Of a stretch of DNA of 64,000 bases, positions 50,096 to 60,613 are shown piece after piece. The DNA comes from Armatimonadota bacterium (lineage in GTDB: Bacteria; Armatimonadota; SYMT01). Every line of letters starts with the position of its first letter. Position 1 is the stretch's first letter. A program made the position numbers and the translations under genes. The DNA lies in assembly GCA_041690135.1 (NCBI GenBank), contig JAWLHY010000014.1, forward strand, positions 1 to 64,000, written 5' to 3'. The notes beneath the pieces are model-generated. The model was given only the letters and a program-made list of their open reading frames with translations. It made no database searches and was not told the DNA's origin.

Positions 50096-52441
50096 TTAAT
50101 CCAGGTACAGGAATTCATTCGTATTGAACAGCACCCGGCACCAGGCTTTCAGGCCGCGGCCGTGGACGAAGGGGAGCACGCGCTCCAGCTCGTCCGGGCG
50201 GGGCTCCCGGTTGAACACGAGGCGGTAGGAGAGCCGGACCTGCTCCATCGGGTCCTTTCCGGCTTCCCGCCGCAGGCGCTCCGCCAGCGAGCCGCTGTGG
50301 CGGTCCACGAAGCTGTTGTTCAGCAGGCTCAGGGCCTGGGTGGCCGTGGTGGTGGCGGCACGCCGGGGCGTGGTGTTGGAGGGGTCGGGGCAGTCCAGGT
50401 TCGTAAGGAGCGGGTCTTCGGCGCCGCGGACCACCATCCGGTAGATCGCGCGCCGGCAGTACTCCTCGCCTTCCGGATCGACCGGCTGGTAGAGTGCTCC
50501 CGCGTTCTCCTGGAAGGTGAAGAGCCGGAAGCCGGGCCCGCCTCGCTGCGGGTTCAGGCGGCCCGCCACGGCGAGGATCGTATCGCGCACCTCCTCGGAC
50601 TCCAGCCGCCGGGACTCGTGCCGCCACAACAGCCGGTTGCCGGAGTCCACCGCCGCCGCCTTCGGGTTCCACGCGGAGCTCTGCCGGTAGGTGGTGGAAA
50701 GGACGAGGGTGCGGATGAGACGCTTGAGGCTCCAGGGGTATTGCGTATTGCGTATTGCGTACTTCGAACCCCCGGAATCAGAACCTGCTGCGGTCAACAG
50801 GGTTCCTCTCCCCCTTTCTCCCTGCCCCCTTGCTCCCCTGCGTTCTGCCAGACCGTACCTGCCTTGTGGAACCGGCTCCCCGGCGACGAAGGAGCTTGCC
50901 AGGAAGTCCAGCAGTTCCGGGTGCGAGGGGCGGTCGCCGTTGAAGCCGAAATCGTTGGGGGTGGCGACGAGGCCCTGGCCGAAGAGCCAGCCCCAGACCC
51001 GGTTCACGGCCACGCGCGGGGTGAGCGGGTTGCGGGGATCGGTGAGCCACTCGGCCAGCTTACGACGGCGGGCGGGGTCGCTGTCCGCTTGCGGTGCGAG
51101 ATCCGCGGGGAGCATCCGGAGGGCGGAAAGGGCGCCGGGGGTCACTTCCGCACCGGGAGCGAGGACGCTGCCGCGCTGCAGCAGGCGGGTAACAGCGGGC
51201 TTCTCCGAACGGACCGCGTAGTACTGGCTCTTCCCCTTGGGTCCGTAGTGCCGCGCCCCGGCGAGGGCGGCGGAGATCCGGTAGTACTCCTTCTGGGAGA
51301 TCGGGTCGAACTTGTGGTCGTGGCAGCGGGCGCACTGGGCCGTCATGCCCAGGAAGACCTGCATGGTGGTCCCGATCATGTCTTCCAGCTCATCCTGCCG
51401 GACCTCGGAGCGCATGATCTCGGACGAGACGTTGGCGCCCACCGAGTCGTGTCCCCCGGCAACGAGGAAGGCCGTGGGGATTACGGCATCCGGGTCGTCC
51501 GGGTGGAACGCATCTCCGGCGAGTTGTTCGCGAACGAACTGGTCATAGGGCAGGTCCCGGTTGAATGCTTCGATCACCCAGTCGCGGTAGGGCCAGGCGT
51601 TGGCGCGGGGCAGGTCGTGCTCGTAGCCGTCGCTCTCCGCGAAGCGGACGGCATCCAGCCACCGGCGCGCCATCCGCTCCCCGTACCGGGGAGAGCTCAG
51701 AAGGCGGTCCACCAGCCGCTCGTAGTCGCCCGGCGCGCGGTCACGGACGAACGCCTCCACCTCTTGCGGCGTGGGGGGCAGGCCGTGAAGATCGAAGGTG
51801 ACGCGCCGGATGTAGACCTCCCGCGGCGCCTCCGGGGCGAAGCGGAGACCGGCCTGTTTGAGCTTCCGGCCCACGAAGCGGTCCACCGCCCGGCTGTGCC
51901 AGGGAATATCTGGGGACAGCGGCAGGCTCTTTGCCTCACCCGGCGGAGAGACCCGCTTCAGCGGCTGGAGCGACCACCAGTCCAGCCCGGCCCGCTCGCT
52001 GGTGGTGGCGGTTACCGGTTTGAGGCGCTCGCCCTCCCAGGGGGCGCCCGCTTCCACCCAGGCCCGGATCGCCTCCACCTCCGCCGTGGGCAGTTTTCCC
52101 TTCGGGGGCATCGTGCCGTCCGCGACCCGCTGCACCAGCCGGCTTATGGCGGCCTTACCGGGGATCAACACGGGGCCCGTGCCGGAGCCCTTCAGCAGGG
52201 TCTCACGGGTGCCCAGGTCCAGGCCGGCCAGGGGAGAAGCCTCGCCGTGGCACCCCAGGCAGCGGCCGACGAGGATGGGGCGGACCTTCTCCCGGAAGTA
52301 GCGCGCATCCACCGCCGGGGCCGCACCCAGGCCGGGAGCCGCCGCCGGTGGGTTGCCCTCCGTGCGCCCCTGCGTTGCGCACCACAGCCCCGTCCCCAGC
52401 AGCAGTCCCCCCATCCCCAGCCGTGTCAGCCGTCGCAACAC
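50096..52441 (-). CDS. Planctomycete-type cytochrome c + DUF1549 + DUF1553 protein
   Basis: CLGCH; RRVTFDLHGLPPT; YGERMAR.WLD; CARCHDHKFDP; NPLTPRVAVNR; HPELLD; QALSLLN. Confidence 0.94.
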   Translation of the reverse strand: MLRRLTRLGMGGLLLGTGLWCATQGRTEGNPPAAAPGLGAAPAVDARYFREKVRPILVGRCLGCHGEASPLAGLDLGTRETLLKGSGTGPVLIPGKAAISRLVQRVADGTMPPKGKLPTAEVEAIRAWVEAGAPWEGERLKPVTATTSERAGLDWWSLQPLKRVSPPGEAKSLPLSPDIPWHSRAVDRFVGRKLKQAGLRFAPEAPREVYIRRVTFDLHGLPPTPQEVEAFVRDRAPGDYERLVDRLLSSPRYGERMARRWLDAVRFAESDGYEHDLPRANAWPYRDWVIEAFNRDLPYDQFVREQLAGDAFHPDDPDAVIPTAFLVAGGHDSVGANVSSEIMRSEVRQDELEDMIGTTMQVFLGMTAQCARCHDHKFDPISQKEYYRISAALAGARHYGPKGKSQYYAVRSEKPAVTRLLQRGSVLAPGAEVTPGALSALRMLPADLAPQADSDPARRRKLAEWLTDPRNPLTPRVAVNRVWGWLFGQGLVATPNDFGFNGDRPSHPELLDFLASSFVAGEPVPQGRYGLAERRGARGQGERGRGTLLTAAGSDSGGSKYAIRNTQYPWSLKRLIRTLVLSTTYRQSSAWNPKAAAVDSGNRLLWRHESRRLESEEVRDTILAVAGRLNPQRGGPGFRLFTFQENAGALYQPVDPEGEEYCRRAIYRMVVRGAEDPLLTNLDCPDPSNTTPRRAATTTATQALSLLNNSFVDRHSGSLAERLRREAGKDPMEQVRLSYRLVFNREPRPDELERVLPFVHGRGLKAWCRVLFNTNEFLYLD

Positions 52442-52924
52442 CCCATTCTCCTCTTCAGCATCCCAATTGCGCTTGAATTCCCGCGGCGAATAGTTCTAAA
52501 TAATACGCTATGCCGCCGCAGGCTCGGCGGGTAATCCCACCCGAACCCCTGTTGCCGAACCAAAGGCGCCCCGACACCTTGCCTGACTCCTTCACACTCT
52601 TGCACAACGCGCAAGTTAACAGGGGCACAAAGCAGTGCTCGTTTTCACGCAGTAACCTCATCCCCCGCCACCCGCACGCGGGTACCCGGCCTTCTCCGAC
52701 ACAGAGAAGGGGGCTATCGGTGCGTCACCACGACAGCGGTAGAGTTGCCAGCAACTTGCGCAGTGCGAAACCCCCGGGATCTCTGGAGCACCGCCACTGA
52801 ATTAGGAAACCCTCCTGGATGCCAGGTTTCGGCATCCCAGTGGCCGCTGAGATTCCCCGAGGAGGCCCTCTTCGCTTTTCTCCTCTTTGCGGCTTTGCGT
52901 CTTTGGGCGAGATAAGAACAGTGA

Positions 52925-54331
52925 TCAATAGTCCCGGAACGGCCCTCGCGGTGGGGCGGCGTCCATCTCCCGGCGCCAGGTGTCGAAGCGGGCGCGGACG
53001 CGGGCCAGGACTTCCGGATTCTCCGCGGAGAGGTCCCGCTGCTCGCCGGGGTCCGTGGTCAGATCGAACAGGCCTTTTCCTTTGGCGGAGTCGATCCACT
53101 TGTAGTTGCCAACCCGCGCGGCGCGGTCGCTGCGGCGCTGCCAGAACATCTCCGTCCGGCGGGAGGGCCGCACCCCCTGCAGGACGGGTGTGAGGTTGAA
53201 GCCGTCCAGGTGGACGCCTTTCGGCGCTTTCGCGCGCGCCGCGGCCAGGCAGGTCGGCAGGATCTCCAGAGAGGTGAGGAACTCGTCCGTCACGCGGCCC
53301 GCCGGCAGCCGCCGCGGCCACCGGGCGAGGAACGGCACCCGCAGGCCCCCCTCGAACATCTGCGCCTTGGTTCCGCGCAGGCCGCCGTTATCGGCCGGGC
53401 CGCCCCCGCCGTTGTCCGAATGGAAAAGGACGAGGGTGTCCTCTTCCAGGTCATGCCGGCGCAGGGTATCCAGCAGCTCCCCGATCGCCTCGTCCATGCA
53501 GGTGACCATCGCCATGTATTTGGTCCGGTTTGCCTTCGGGTCGTGGTTCGGGTACTGCTTGAGGTATTTCTCGGGGACCTGGTAGCGGTCTTTCTCCAGG
53601 TTGGAGGCGCTGTGCGGCGCGTTGAACGGGACGTAGAGAAAGAAGGGACGGCGAGCGTTCTCCTCGATGAACCGGACGACCTCGCGGCGGAAGAGGTCCG
53701 TGGCGTACCCCTCTTCCTTCACCCGCTCGTTGCCGCGGTACATCGAGGGCACGCCGTACCGCTCGTGGGTCCAGTAGTCGATACCGGTGTTCGCGAAGCC
53801 GTAGAAGAAGTCGAAGCCCCGCTGGAGCGGGAGGAACCGCCGCGCCCGACCGCTGTCCCACTTCCCGACCACGCCCGTGCGGTAGCCCTTCGCCTGGAGC
53901 ATCTCCCCGAGCGTCTTCTCCTGGACGTCGAGGCCCAGGGTCATCTCGGGGGAGACGGCATACTCCTCCTCCGTGAGCCGGTGGCCGTAATTGGTGACGT
54001 CGTTCCGGATCATGTCGTAGAGGCCGTTGCGCTGGGGGTAGCGCCCCGTGAGGAGACTGCCCCGCGACGGGGTGCACGCCGGCCAGGAGACGTAGAAGTT
54101 CGTGGCGCGGACCCCTTCCCGCGCGAGGCGGTCCAGGTTCGGCGTGCGGATCTCCTTCCCGCCGAAACAGCCGCCGTCCCCGTAGCCCTGGTCGTCCGAC
54201 ACGATGAGCAGGATGTTCGGCGCCCGTCGCCGCTCCGCCGCCTGCCCGATGCCCTGCCCTACGCCCACGCCGCCGGCCAGCAGCAGGAGCAGCAGGATCC
54301 CCGCTCGATTTCTCACCCGGTTCCGCATCAT
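52925..54331 (-). CDS. Arylsulfatase-family sulfatase
   Basis: PNILLIVSDDQGYGD, CTPSR, GKW, FNAPH, SDNG, FEGG. Confidence 0.94.
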   Translation of the reverse strand: MMRNRVRNRAGILLLLLLAGGVGVGQGIGQAAERRRAPNILLIVSDDQGYGDGGCFGGKEIRTPNLDRLAREGVRATNFYVSWPACTPSRGSLLTGRYPQRNGLYDMIRNDVTNYGHRLTEEEYAVSPEMTLGLDVQEKTLGEMLQAKGYRTGVVGKWDSGRARRFLPLQRGFDFFYGFANTGIDYWTHERYGVPSMYRGNERVKEEGYATDLFRREVVRFIEENARRPFFLYVPFNAPHSASNLEKDRYQVPEKYLKQYPNHDPKANRTKYMAMVTCMDEAIGELLDTLRRHDLEEDTLVLFHSDNGGGGPADNGGLRGTKAQMFEGGLRVPFLARWPRRLPAGRVTDEFLTSLEILPTCLAAARAKAPKGVHLDGFNLTPVLQGVRPSRRTEMFWQRRSDRAARVGNYKWIDSAKGKGLFDLTTDPGEQRDLSAENPEVLARVRARFDTWRREMDAAPPRGPFRDY

Positions 54332-54406
54332 CGTCTCCCCGTCCGTTGTCTCCTGACTGGGTTCGCGAACGGGGGCGGTCGTTCCTGTTGTGGGGTGCGG
54401 TTTTCG

Positions 54407-54487
54407 ACACAGAGAAACGCAGAGGAGGACGAGAAGGGACACAGAGGGTCGGAAAGGGCCGGACACGGATAACACGGATCGGACGGA
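54407..54487 (+). repeat. 9-mer tandem repeats (ACACAGAG/ACACGGAT family)
   Basis: GACACAGAGAAACGCAGAG...GACACGGATAACACGGATCGGACGGAT. Confidence 0.7.
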
Positions 54488-54683
54488 TGGGTACGGAACG
54501 CTTCGCTCGAGAGGGGACGAGGGCCGTGGTCGATATGGACGTGTGGACCGGGCTTGGTGTTGGAACCCATGGCGGACCAACCGTAGGGAGACAGTTTGGC
54601 GAAACAGTGGAGGGTCCTCGGGGGTCAGTCCAAGCGTAGGGGTTCTGTTGGTGCACCCTCCGGGTGGGTCTCGAGGAGATGGG

Positions 54684-57485
54684 ATGGGCTCCCGAACGGT
54701 TTCTATCGCCGCCGCACTGATGGTCACGGCCCTGTGGGGCGGGACGCTGGCGGCACAGGAGCGGGTCGATTACCTGAAGCAGGTCAAGCCGGTGCTCACG
54801 GCCCGGTGCGTCTCCTGCCATGGGGTGCTCCGGCAGAACGGGGGCCTGCGCCTGGACACGGCGGCCTTTGCACGGAAGGGTGGGGACAGCGGTCCCGCCC
54901 TCCTTCCCGGAAACCCCGGGGCCAGCCCCCTGCTGCAGCGGGTCACGGCCGCGGAGCACGAGGGGCGCATGCCGCCGGAGGGGGAGCCGCTGAAGCCGGA
55001 GGAGATCCGGGCGCTGCGGGCCTGGATCCAGGCGAAGGCGCCGGCGCCCGCGAACGAGGCGCCGGAGCAGGACCCGCGCGACCACTGGGCGTTCCGTCCT
55101 GTTGTCAAGCCGCCCGTCCCCAAGGTCGCCAACACGAAATGGGTGCGTAACCCGATCGATGCCTTCCTCGCGCAGCGCCACCAGGAGAAGGGACTGAAGC
55201 CCCAGCCGGAAGCGCCTCGACTGGTGCTGATCCGCCGCCTCTACCTCGACCTGCTTGGCGTCCCGCCCACCCCGGAAGAGCTCGCGCTGGCGGAGCGGGA
55301 GCTGGTGGCGGTGGAGGGGAGAGAGCGGAGGGGGGAGGGGGACGGAGTAAGAGTAGGAGTAAGAGTAAGAGTAGGAGTAGGAGTAGGAGTGAGGGGGGTG
55401 GCCCCTCCTAATCCTCATCTTAATCGTAATCCTAATCCTCCCACGGGGGCTTACCATCGCTTGGTGGAGCGGCTGCTGGCGGACCCGCGGTATGGGGAGC
55501 GGTGGGCGCGGCACTGGATGGATATCTGGCGCTACAGCGACTGGTGGGGGCTGGGGGAGCAGCTTCGCAACAGTCAGCCGCATATCTGGCACTGGCGCGA
55601 CTGGATGATCGAGGCGCTGAACGCGGACACCCCTTACGACGAGATGGTCCGGCAGATGCTGGCCGCGGACGAACTGTATCCGAAGGACCTCCAGCGGCTG
55701 CGGGCGACGGGGTTCCTGGCGCGGAACTACTTCCTCTTCAACCGCCATCAGTGGATGGAAGAGACGGTCGAGCACGTGAGCAAGGGGCTGCTGGGGCTGA
55801 CCGTCAACTGCGCCAAATGCCACGACCACAAGTACGACCCGATCAAGCAGGCCGACTTTTACAAGCTGCGCGCCTTCTTCGAGCCGTATCACGTGCGCCT
55901 GGACGTGGCGCCCGGCGAGCCGGACCTGGCCCGGAACGGCATCCCGCGCGTCTTCGACGGCCAGCTCGATACGCCCACCTACCTCTTCATCCGGGGCCAG
56001 GAGACGCAGCCGGATAAGTCCACGCCGATCGCTCCCGGCGTCCCGGCGCTGCTGGCGTTCAAGCCATTAAAGATCCAGCCGGTGAACCTCCCTGCGGAAG
56101 CCTGGCAGCCGGAGCGGCAACCGTGGGTGCTGGAGACCCACCTCGAAGCGGCCCGGAAAGGGGTCGCGGCGGCTCGGGCGACGCTGGAGAAGGCCCAGAA
56201 CTGCGGCGAGGATTCCGCGAAGGGCAAAGCCGAGCTGGCCCTGGAAGTGGCCCAGGCGGAGTTGACCCGGGTGGAGCGGGTGGCGGAGGCGATGCGGGCT
56301 GGTTGGGCTGGGGACGGTGCTGGAGTAGGAGTAGGAGTAGGAGTAAGAAGCTCGGCGGAGGAGTTGCGCGCGGCGGCGGTGTGGGCGGAGCGGGAGGTGG
56401 CGGCGGCGCGGGCGCGGCTGACGGTGGCCGAGGCGGAGGAGAAGGTCCGGAAGGCGGACGCCAGGCAGAAGGCGGCGCGGGAGAAGGAGTTGGCGGCGGC
56501 GCGGGCAGCCCTGGAGAAGGCGGTCCAGCGACTGGCCGCCCCCGTGGGCCCGGACGAACGCTACACGCCGCTGACCGGTGCCCGGTGGACGCCCACCCGC
56601 TTCCAGTTCTCCGGTAAGGACGACCCTCCCGTGGCGTTCAGCCCGCGCAGCAGCGGACGGCGGACGGCGCTGGCGGACTGGATCACGGACCGGCGCAACC
56701 CGCTGACGGCCCGGGTGGCGGTGAACCACCTCTGGACCCGGCACATGGGGACGCCGCTGGTCGCGACGACGTTCGACTTCGGTCGCAAAGGCGCCGCGCC
56801 GACCCATCCGGAGTTGCTCGACTGGCTGGCGGCGGAGTTCATGGAGCAGGGGTGGAGCATGAAGCATGTCCACCGGCTCATCGTCACCTCCGCGGCCTAC
56901 CGGATGTCGTCTTCCCAGCGGGGCGCGGAGGCCAATCGCGCGAAAGACCCGGATAACGTGTACCTCTGGCGGCGCGAGCCGATCCGGGTCGAGGCGGAAG
57001 TGGTGCGGGACTCCCTCCTCGCGCTGGCCGGCACGCTCGACCCGACCCGCGGCGGCCCTCCGGTCCCCGCGGCGGAGCAGGCGGCCTCGCGGCGGCGGAG
57101 CCTCTACTTCTTCCATTCGGACATCAACCGGAACCTGTTCCTCACCACCTTCGACGGCGCCGCCGTGCGGGAGTGTTACCGCCGGGAGCAGAGCATCGTG
57201 CCGCAGCAGGCCCTGGCGCTCACGAACAGCGACCTGGTTCTGGAGACCGCCGGGAAGATCGCGGAACGGCTGTCCCAGGGAGCGGCCGGAGCGGCGCCGC
57301 TGGACGACCGCGCCTTCATCCGGCGGGCGTTCGCCCTGATGCTGGGAACAGAGGCCGGGGAGGCGGAGGTCGCCGCCAGCCTGCGGGCGCTGGAAGCCTG
57401 GCGGGGCCAGGGGCAGGAGTCTTCGGCGCGCGCGCACTTTATCTGGGTGATGATCAACCACAATGACTTCGTGACGCTGCGTTAG
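54684..57485 (+). CDS. Planctomycete-type cytochrome c + DUF1549 + DUF1553 protein
   Basis: GAGGAG RBS; CVSCH; HWAF; NPIDAFL; YGERWARHWMD; CAKCHDHKYDP; HPELLDWLA; PQQAL. Confidence 0.94.
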   Translation: MGSRTVSIAAALMVTALWGGTLAAQERVDYLKQVKPVLTARCVSCHGVLRQNGGLRLDTAAFARKGGDSGPALLPGNPGASPLLQRVTAAEHEGRMPPEGEPLKPEEIRALRAWIQAKAPAPANEAPEQDPRDHWAFRPVVKPPVPKVANTKWVRNPIDAFLAQRHQEKGLKPQPEAPRLVLIRRLYLDLLGVPPTPEELALAERELVAVEGRERRGEGDGVRVGVRVRVGVGVGVRGVAPPNPHLNRNPNPPTGAYHRLVERLLADPRYGERWARHWMDIWRYSDWWGLGEQLRNSQPHIWHWRDWMIEALNADTPYDEMVRQMLAADELYPKDLQRLRATGFLARNYFLFNRHQWMEETVEHVSKGLLGLTVNCAKCHDHKYDPIKQADFYKLRAFFEPYHVRLDVAPGEPDLARNGIPRVFDGQLDTPTYLFIRGQETQPDKSTPIAPGVPALLAFKPLKIQPVNLPAEAWQPERQPWVLETHLEAARKGVAAARATLEKAQNCGEDSAKGKAELALEVAQAELTRVERVAEAMRAGWAGDGAGVGVGVGVRSSAEELRAAAVWAEREVAAARARLTVAEAEEKVRKADARQKAAREKELAAARAALEKAVQRLAAPVGPDERYTPLTGARWTPTRFQFSGKDDPPVAFSPRSSGRRTALADWITDRRNPLTARVAVNHLWTRHMGTPLVATTFDFGRKGAAPTHPELLDWLAAEFMEQGWSMKHVHRLIVTSAAYRMSSSQRGAEANRAKDPDNVYLWRREPIRVEAEVVRDSLLALAGTLDPTRGGPPVPAAEQAASRRRSLYFFHSDINRNLFLTTFDGAAVRECYRREQSIVPQQALALTNSDLVLETAGKIAERLSQGAAGAAPLDDRAFIRRAFALMLGTEAGEAEVAASLRALEAWRGQGQESSARAHFIWVMINHNDFVTLR

Positions 57486-57881
57486 CCACAGATTTCACAG
57501 ATTATGGGAAGAGGATGAGCGGATCGGACCGGGAGGGCTAGCTGTCCACAGATGACGCAGATGGGAAAGATGGGAAAGCCGAATAGGCGAAGATGGGCTT
57601 GAAAGGTCAACCGCTACTGGCAACAGTCTCCAGTCGCCGGGGCTGTTGAAGTCGTCAGAGTGAGCATGCCGGAGTGCCGAGCTTGCTCGGCTGGTAGGTG
57701 TTGTGGTTGACAGGTATTCGTTATGGGACGTACCACACCGGCCCTCCCCCGGAGTGTGGCAACATCACCTTCCGAAGAGTCTTGAAACGGCTGACGGACC
57801 GGGTGAGCAGGGACGGAGTGGAGAGGTAGGGGTGAAATGATGGGTGGGCGTAATCCCTGGGGGCCGGAAGGAAAGAGCGGT

Positions 57882-59333
57882 ATGGACCCTTGCTACTGTA
57901 CGGGGCGGAGGAGCCGGCGGACGTTTCTGACGGATATGGGGATGGGGTTTACGGGCCTGGCGCTGGCGGCAATGCTCCAGCGGGACGGGTATGCCGCGAC
58001 CTCTACCTGGACGCCGCCCAACGGGCAGCCGCATTTCACGCCGAAGGCGAAGAGCGTCATCTGGTTGTTCATGAACGGGGGCGTGAGTCACCTGGAGAGC
58101 TTCGATCCCAAGCCGATGGTGACGAAATACGCCGGCAAGACGATCGCCGAGACCCCTTTCGCGGACGCGCAGGACCCCAAGAAGCTGGCGATCGAGCGGG
58201 CAGTGGTCCCCGACGCCAACGGCAACCAGCGCAATACCCTGTTCCCGCTGCAGACCGGCTTCCGCAAGCACGGGCAGAGCGGCATCGAGATCAGCGACTG
58301 GTTCCCGCACATCGCCCGGCACGCCGACCGGCTGGCCGTGATCCGCTCTCTCTGGACTACCGACAGCAACCACGGGGCGCAGACCGAGTTCCACAGCGGC
58401 CGGAACCGGCTGGACGGGGATTTCCCCACCCTCGGCGCGTGGGTCCACTACGGTCTCGGCACCCTGAATGAAAACCTGCCCCAGTTCATCTCCCTCGGCT
58501 TCCGCGAGTACTGGAACAAGCGGGACGGGCACTACCTGGGACCGGTCCACGATGCCGTGCCGCTGCGGATCGATCCGAAGAACCCGCTCGACTTCGGGCG
58601 CCCGGCGCGCCATTTCCCCACCGAGGCCCACGCGACGGGCGTGGATCTCCTCCGGGAGCTGAACCGGCTGCGCGGCATCGAGTACCCGGACGACCCGGCA
58701 CTCTCGGCCCGGATCGCCTCGTATGAGCTCGCCTTCCGGATGCAGCGCTCGATCCCGGAGGTGCTGGACTTCTCCAAGGAGTCCGAGAAGACCCGGGAGC
58801 TCTATGGTCTGAACCTGCCCCACTGCCGGGACTTCGGCTCCCAGCTCCTGGCCGCCCGCCGCTTCGTGGAGCGGGGGGTGCGCTTCATCCAGATCCAGCA
58901 CGGCGGGGGCGGCGCGGGCGCCTGGGACTCGCACAGCGGCCTGAAGGCGAGCCATTCCCGCCTGGCCCTGGCCGTGGACCAGCCGATCGGCGCGCTGCTG
59001 GAAGACCTCCACCAGCGCGGGTTACTGGACGAGACGCTGGTCGTGTTCGCCACCGAGTTCGGTCGCACGCCCGGCTCCCAGGGCTCCGACGGCCGCGACC
59101 ACCACATCTTCGGCTTCAGCGCCTGGATGGCGGGCGGGGGGTTGAAGGGCGGCATCGCCCACGGCGCCACGGACGAGATCGGGTTCCACGCCGTGGAGAA
59201 TCGCCACTACGTCACCGACCTCCACGCCACCCTCCTGCACCAGCTCGGCCTCGACTCCCGCAAGCTGGAGATCCCCGGCCGCAAGCGCCTGGAGATCGAT
59301 CACGGCCAGCCGATCCGGGAAATCATTGCGTGA
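57882..59333 (+). CDS. DUF1501 domain protein (Tat-exported)
   Basis: SRRTFL; [23 protein letters not shown]; YELAFRMQ; EFGRTP; GRDH. Confidence 0.94.
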   Translation: MDPCYCTGRRSRRTFLTDMGMGFTGLALAAMLQRDGYAATSTWTPPNGQPHFTPKAKSVIWLFMNGGVSHLESFDPKPMVTKYAGKTIAETPFADAQDPKKLAIERAVVPDANGNQRNTLFPLQTGFRKHGQSGIEISDWFPHIARHADRLAVIRSLWTTDSNHGAQTEFHSGRNRLDGDFPTLGAWVHYGLGTLNENLPQFISLGFREYWNKRDGHYLGPVHDAVPLRIDPKNPLDFGRPARHFPTEAHATGVDLLRELNRLRGIEYPDDPALSARIASYELAFRMQRSIPEVLDFSKESEKTRELYGLNLPHCRDFGSQLLAARRFVERGVRFIQIQHGGGGAGAWDSHSGLKASHSRLALAVDQPIGALLEDLHQRGLLDETLVVFATEFGRTPGSQGSDGRDHHIFGFSAWMAGGGLKGGIAHGATDEIGFHAVENRHYVTDLHATLLHQLGLDSRKLEIPGRKRLEIDHGQPIREIIA

Positions 59334-59347
59334 CCGGACCGAACCTT

Positions 59348-59527
59348 CACCACGGAGACACGGAGACTCAGAGGGCACACGGAGAGGGGAACGAGAGGGA
59401 AGGGAGAGTGGGTTGCCACTCTCTGATTTGCGCTAACGCCTGAACCTGTCGGTCCATATACGATCTATTTGGATCCAGTTTTCGCTTTCCTTTTCTTCCC
59501 CTTTGCGCCTTTGCGGCTTGGCGCGAG
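59348..59527. repeat. 9-mer/8-mer repeat cluster downstream of DUF1501
   Basis: CACCACGGAGACACGGAGACTCAGAG; CTTTGCGCCTTTGCGGCTTGGCGCGAG (related copy at about 52885). Confidence 0.75.
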
Positions 59528-59533
59528 ATGCCT

Positions 59534-60613
59534 TCAATTCTCCAGCCAGTCTTCGAGACGGCGGAGGGGCATGTCGGCCAGGAAGTGCCGCACGCTCTGC
59601 GCTTTTCCGGAGCGGAGGGCGAAGAGGGCGCCGGAGTACGGATAGGGGAGTGCCGCCGCGGCGAAGGCCCGCTGGTCCGTGATCGGGCTTAGCTCGGCGT
59701 AGGTGGCCTCGATGCGCCGGACGAACGCCTCGTAGCGGTGCTTCTGCCCGTCATACGCCTGCCGCAGCTCCGGAAAATAGGCCAGGAACTCCGCCTCTTC
59801 GTTGAGGCGGACCAGGTCCAGCAGGCCCCGCTCCGTAACGCTCTCCTTCAGGTGCGCCAGGGTCACGTACCGGGTCCCCTTGATCTTCACCCGGTGGAAG
59901 CGGTGGTCGCAGACCACTACCCCTTCACTCTGCATGGGGTCGAGCGCGCCCGTATGCGCCAGCACCCGTTCCAGGGCGTCGAGGGCATGGCGGTCGATGC
60001 ACTCCCAGCCGTACCGCTCCGCGTAGGTCTCCGGCCGCTCTTCCTGGAACGTGCGCGCGCAGCGGACCCCGTGGAGCACGAGGCGCCGGTCCTGATAGGG
60101 CACCACCACCCGGTTGAAGGGGGTGCACAGCTCGAACATGAAGGTGTGGCCCGTCTCCTCCGGGAGCGAATAGCCCAGGCTGTTCCACGTTTCCCAGAAC
60201 ACCTCGGCGAACGTGCGGCTGATGCCGGGCGTGGGGCCGGAAGCATCCGGGAGTCCGGACGAGGCCACGCGCCATTCGTCCGCATAGTGGTAGAGGCACA
60301 TGAGGGAGCCGTCCAGCTTTTCGTAGACGGTGGCGGTGCTCCAGTCGATCGGCGCCGCGTGCGGCTCGCCGTGGTTGAAGAACTTGAAGTAGGGCACGGC
60401 CACCGCTTCCCACTCGCGCGCCTCATCCACGATCAGGCCGCGGCACTGCTGGACCACGACCTCGGCCATCGGGCTCTCGATCTGGGAGTACTTGAGCAGC
60501 ACGAGGTGCGGGAACAGCCCGTGCCGCCGGGCGGAGACCGCGTAACTCCGGCACAGGTGGTCCAAACCATGGTCGCGCAGGTGCTGCTGCACCGCCAGTG
60601 TGACCCTCGACAT
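59534..60613 (-). CDS. T4 Rnl1 (RnlA)-like ATP-dependent RNA ligase
   Basis: QCRGLI..., KFFN, motif I YEKLDGS, FELC, motif IV EGVVV, motif V RVKIK. Confidence 0.88.
   Translation of the reverse strand: MSRVTLAVQQHLRDHGLDHLCRSYAVSARRHGLFPHLVLLKYSQIESPMAEVVVQQCRGLIVDEAREWEAVAVPYFKFFNHGEPHAAPIDWSTATVYEKLDGSLMCLYHYADEWRVASSGLPDASGPTPGISRTFAEVFWETWNSLGYSLPEETGHTFMFELCTPFNRVVVPYQDRRLVLHGVRCARTFQEERPETYAERYGWECIDRHALDALERVLAHTGALDPMQSEGVVVCDHRFHRVKIKGTRYVTLAHLKESVTERGLLDLVRLNEEAEFLAYFPELRQAYDGQKHRYEAFVRRIEATYAELSPITDQRAFAAAALPYPYSGALFALRSGKAQSVRHFLADMPLRRLEDWLEN

Noticed and set aside
52730-52840. Possible cobalamin riboswitch (GCCACTG)
   Set aside because: Other B12-element motifs are missing and no downstream gene lies on that strand
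57708-57737. Sigma70 promoter (TTGACA)
   Set aside because: No convincing -10 element at 16-18 bp spacing
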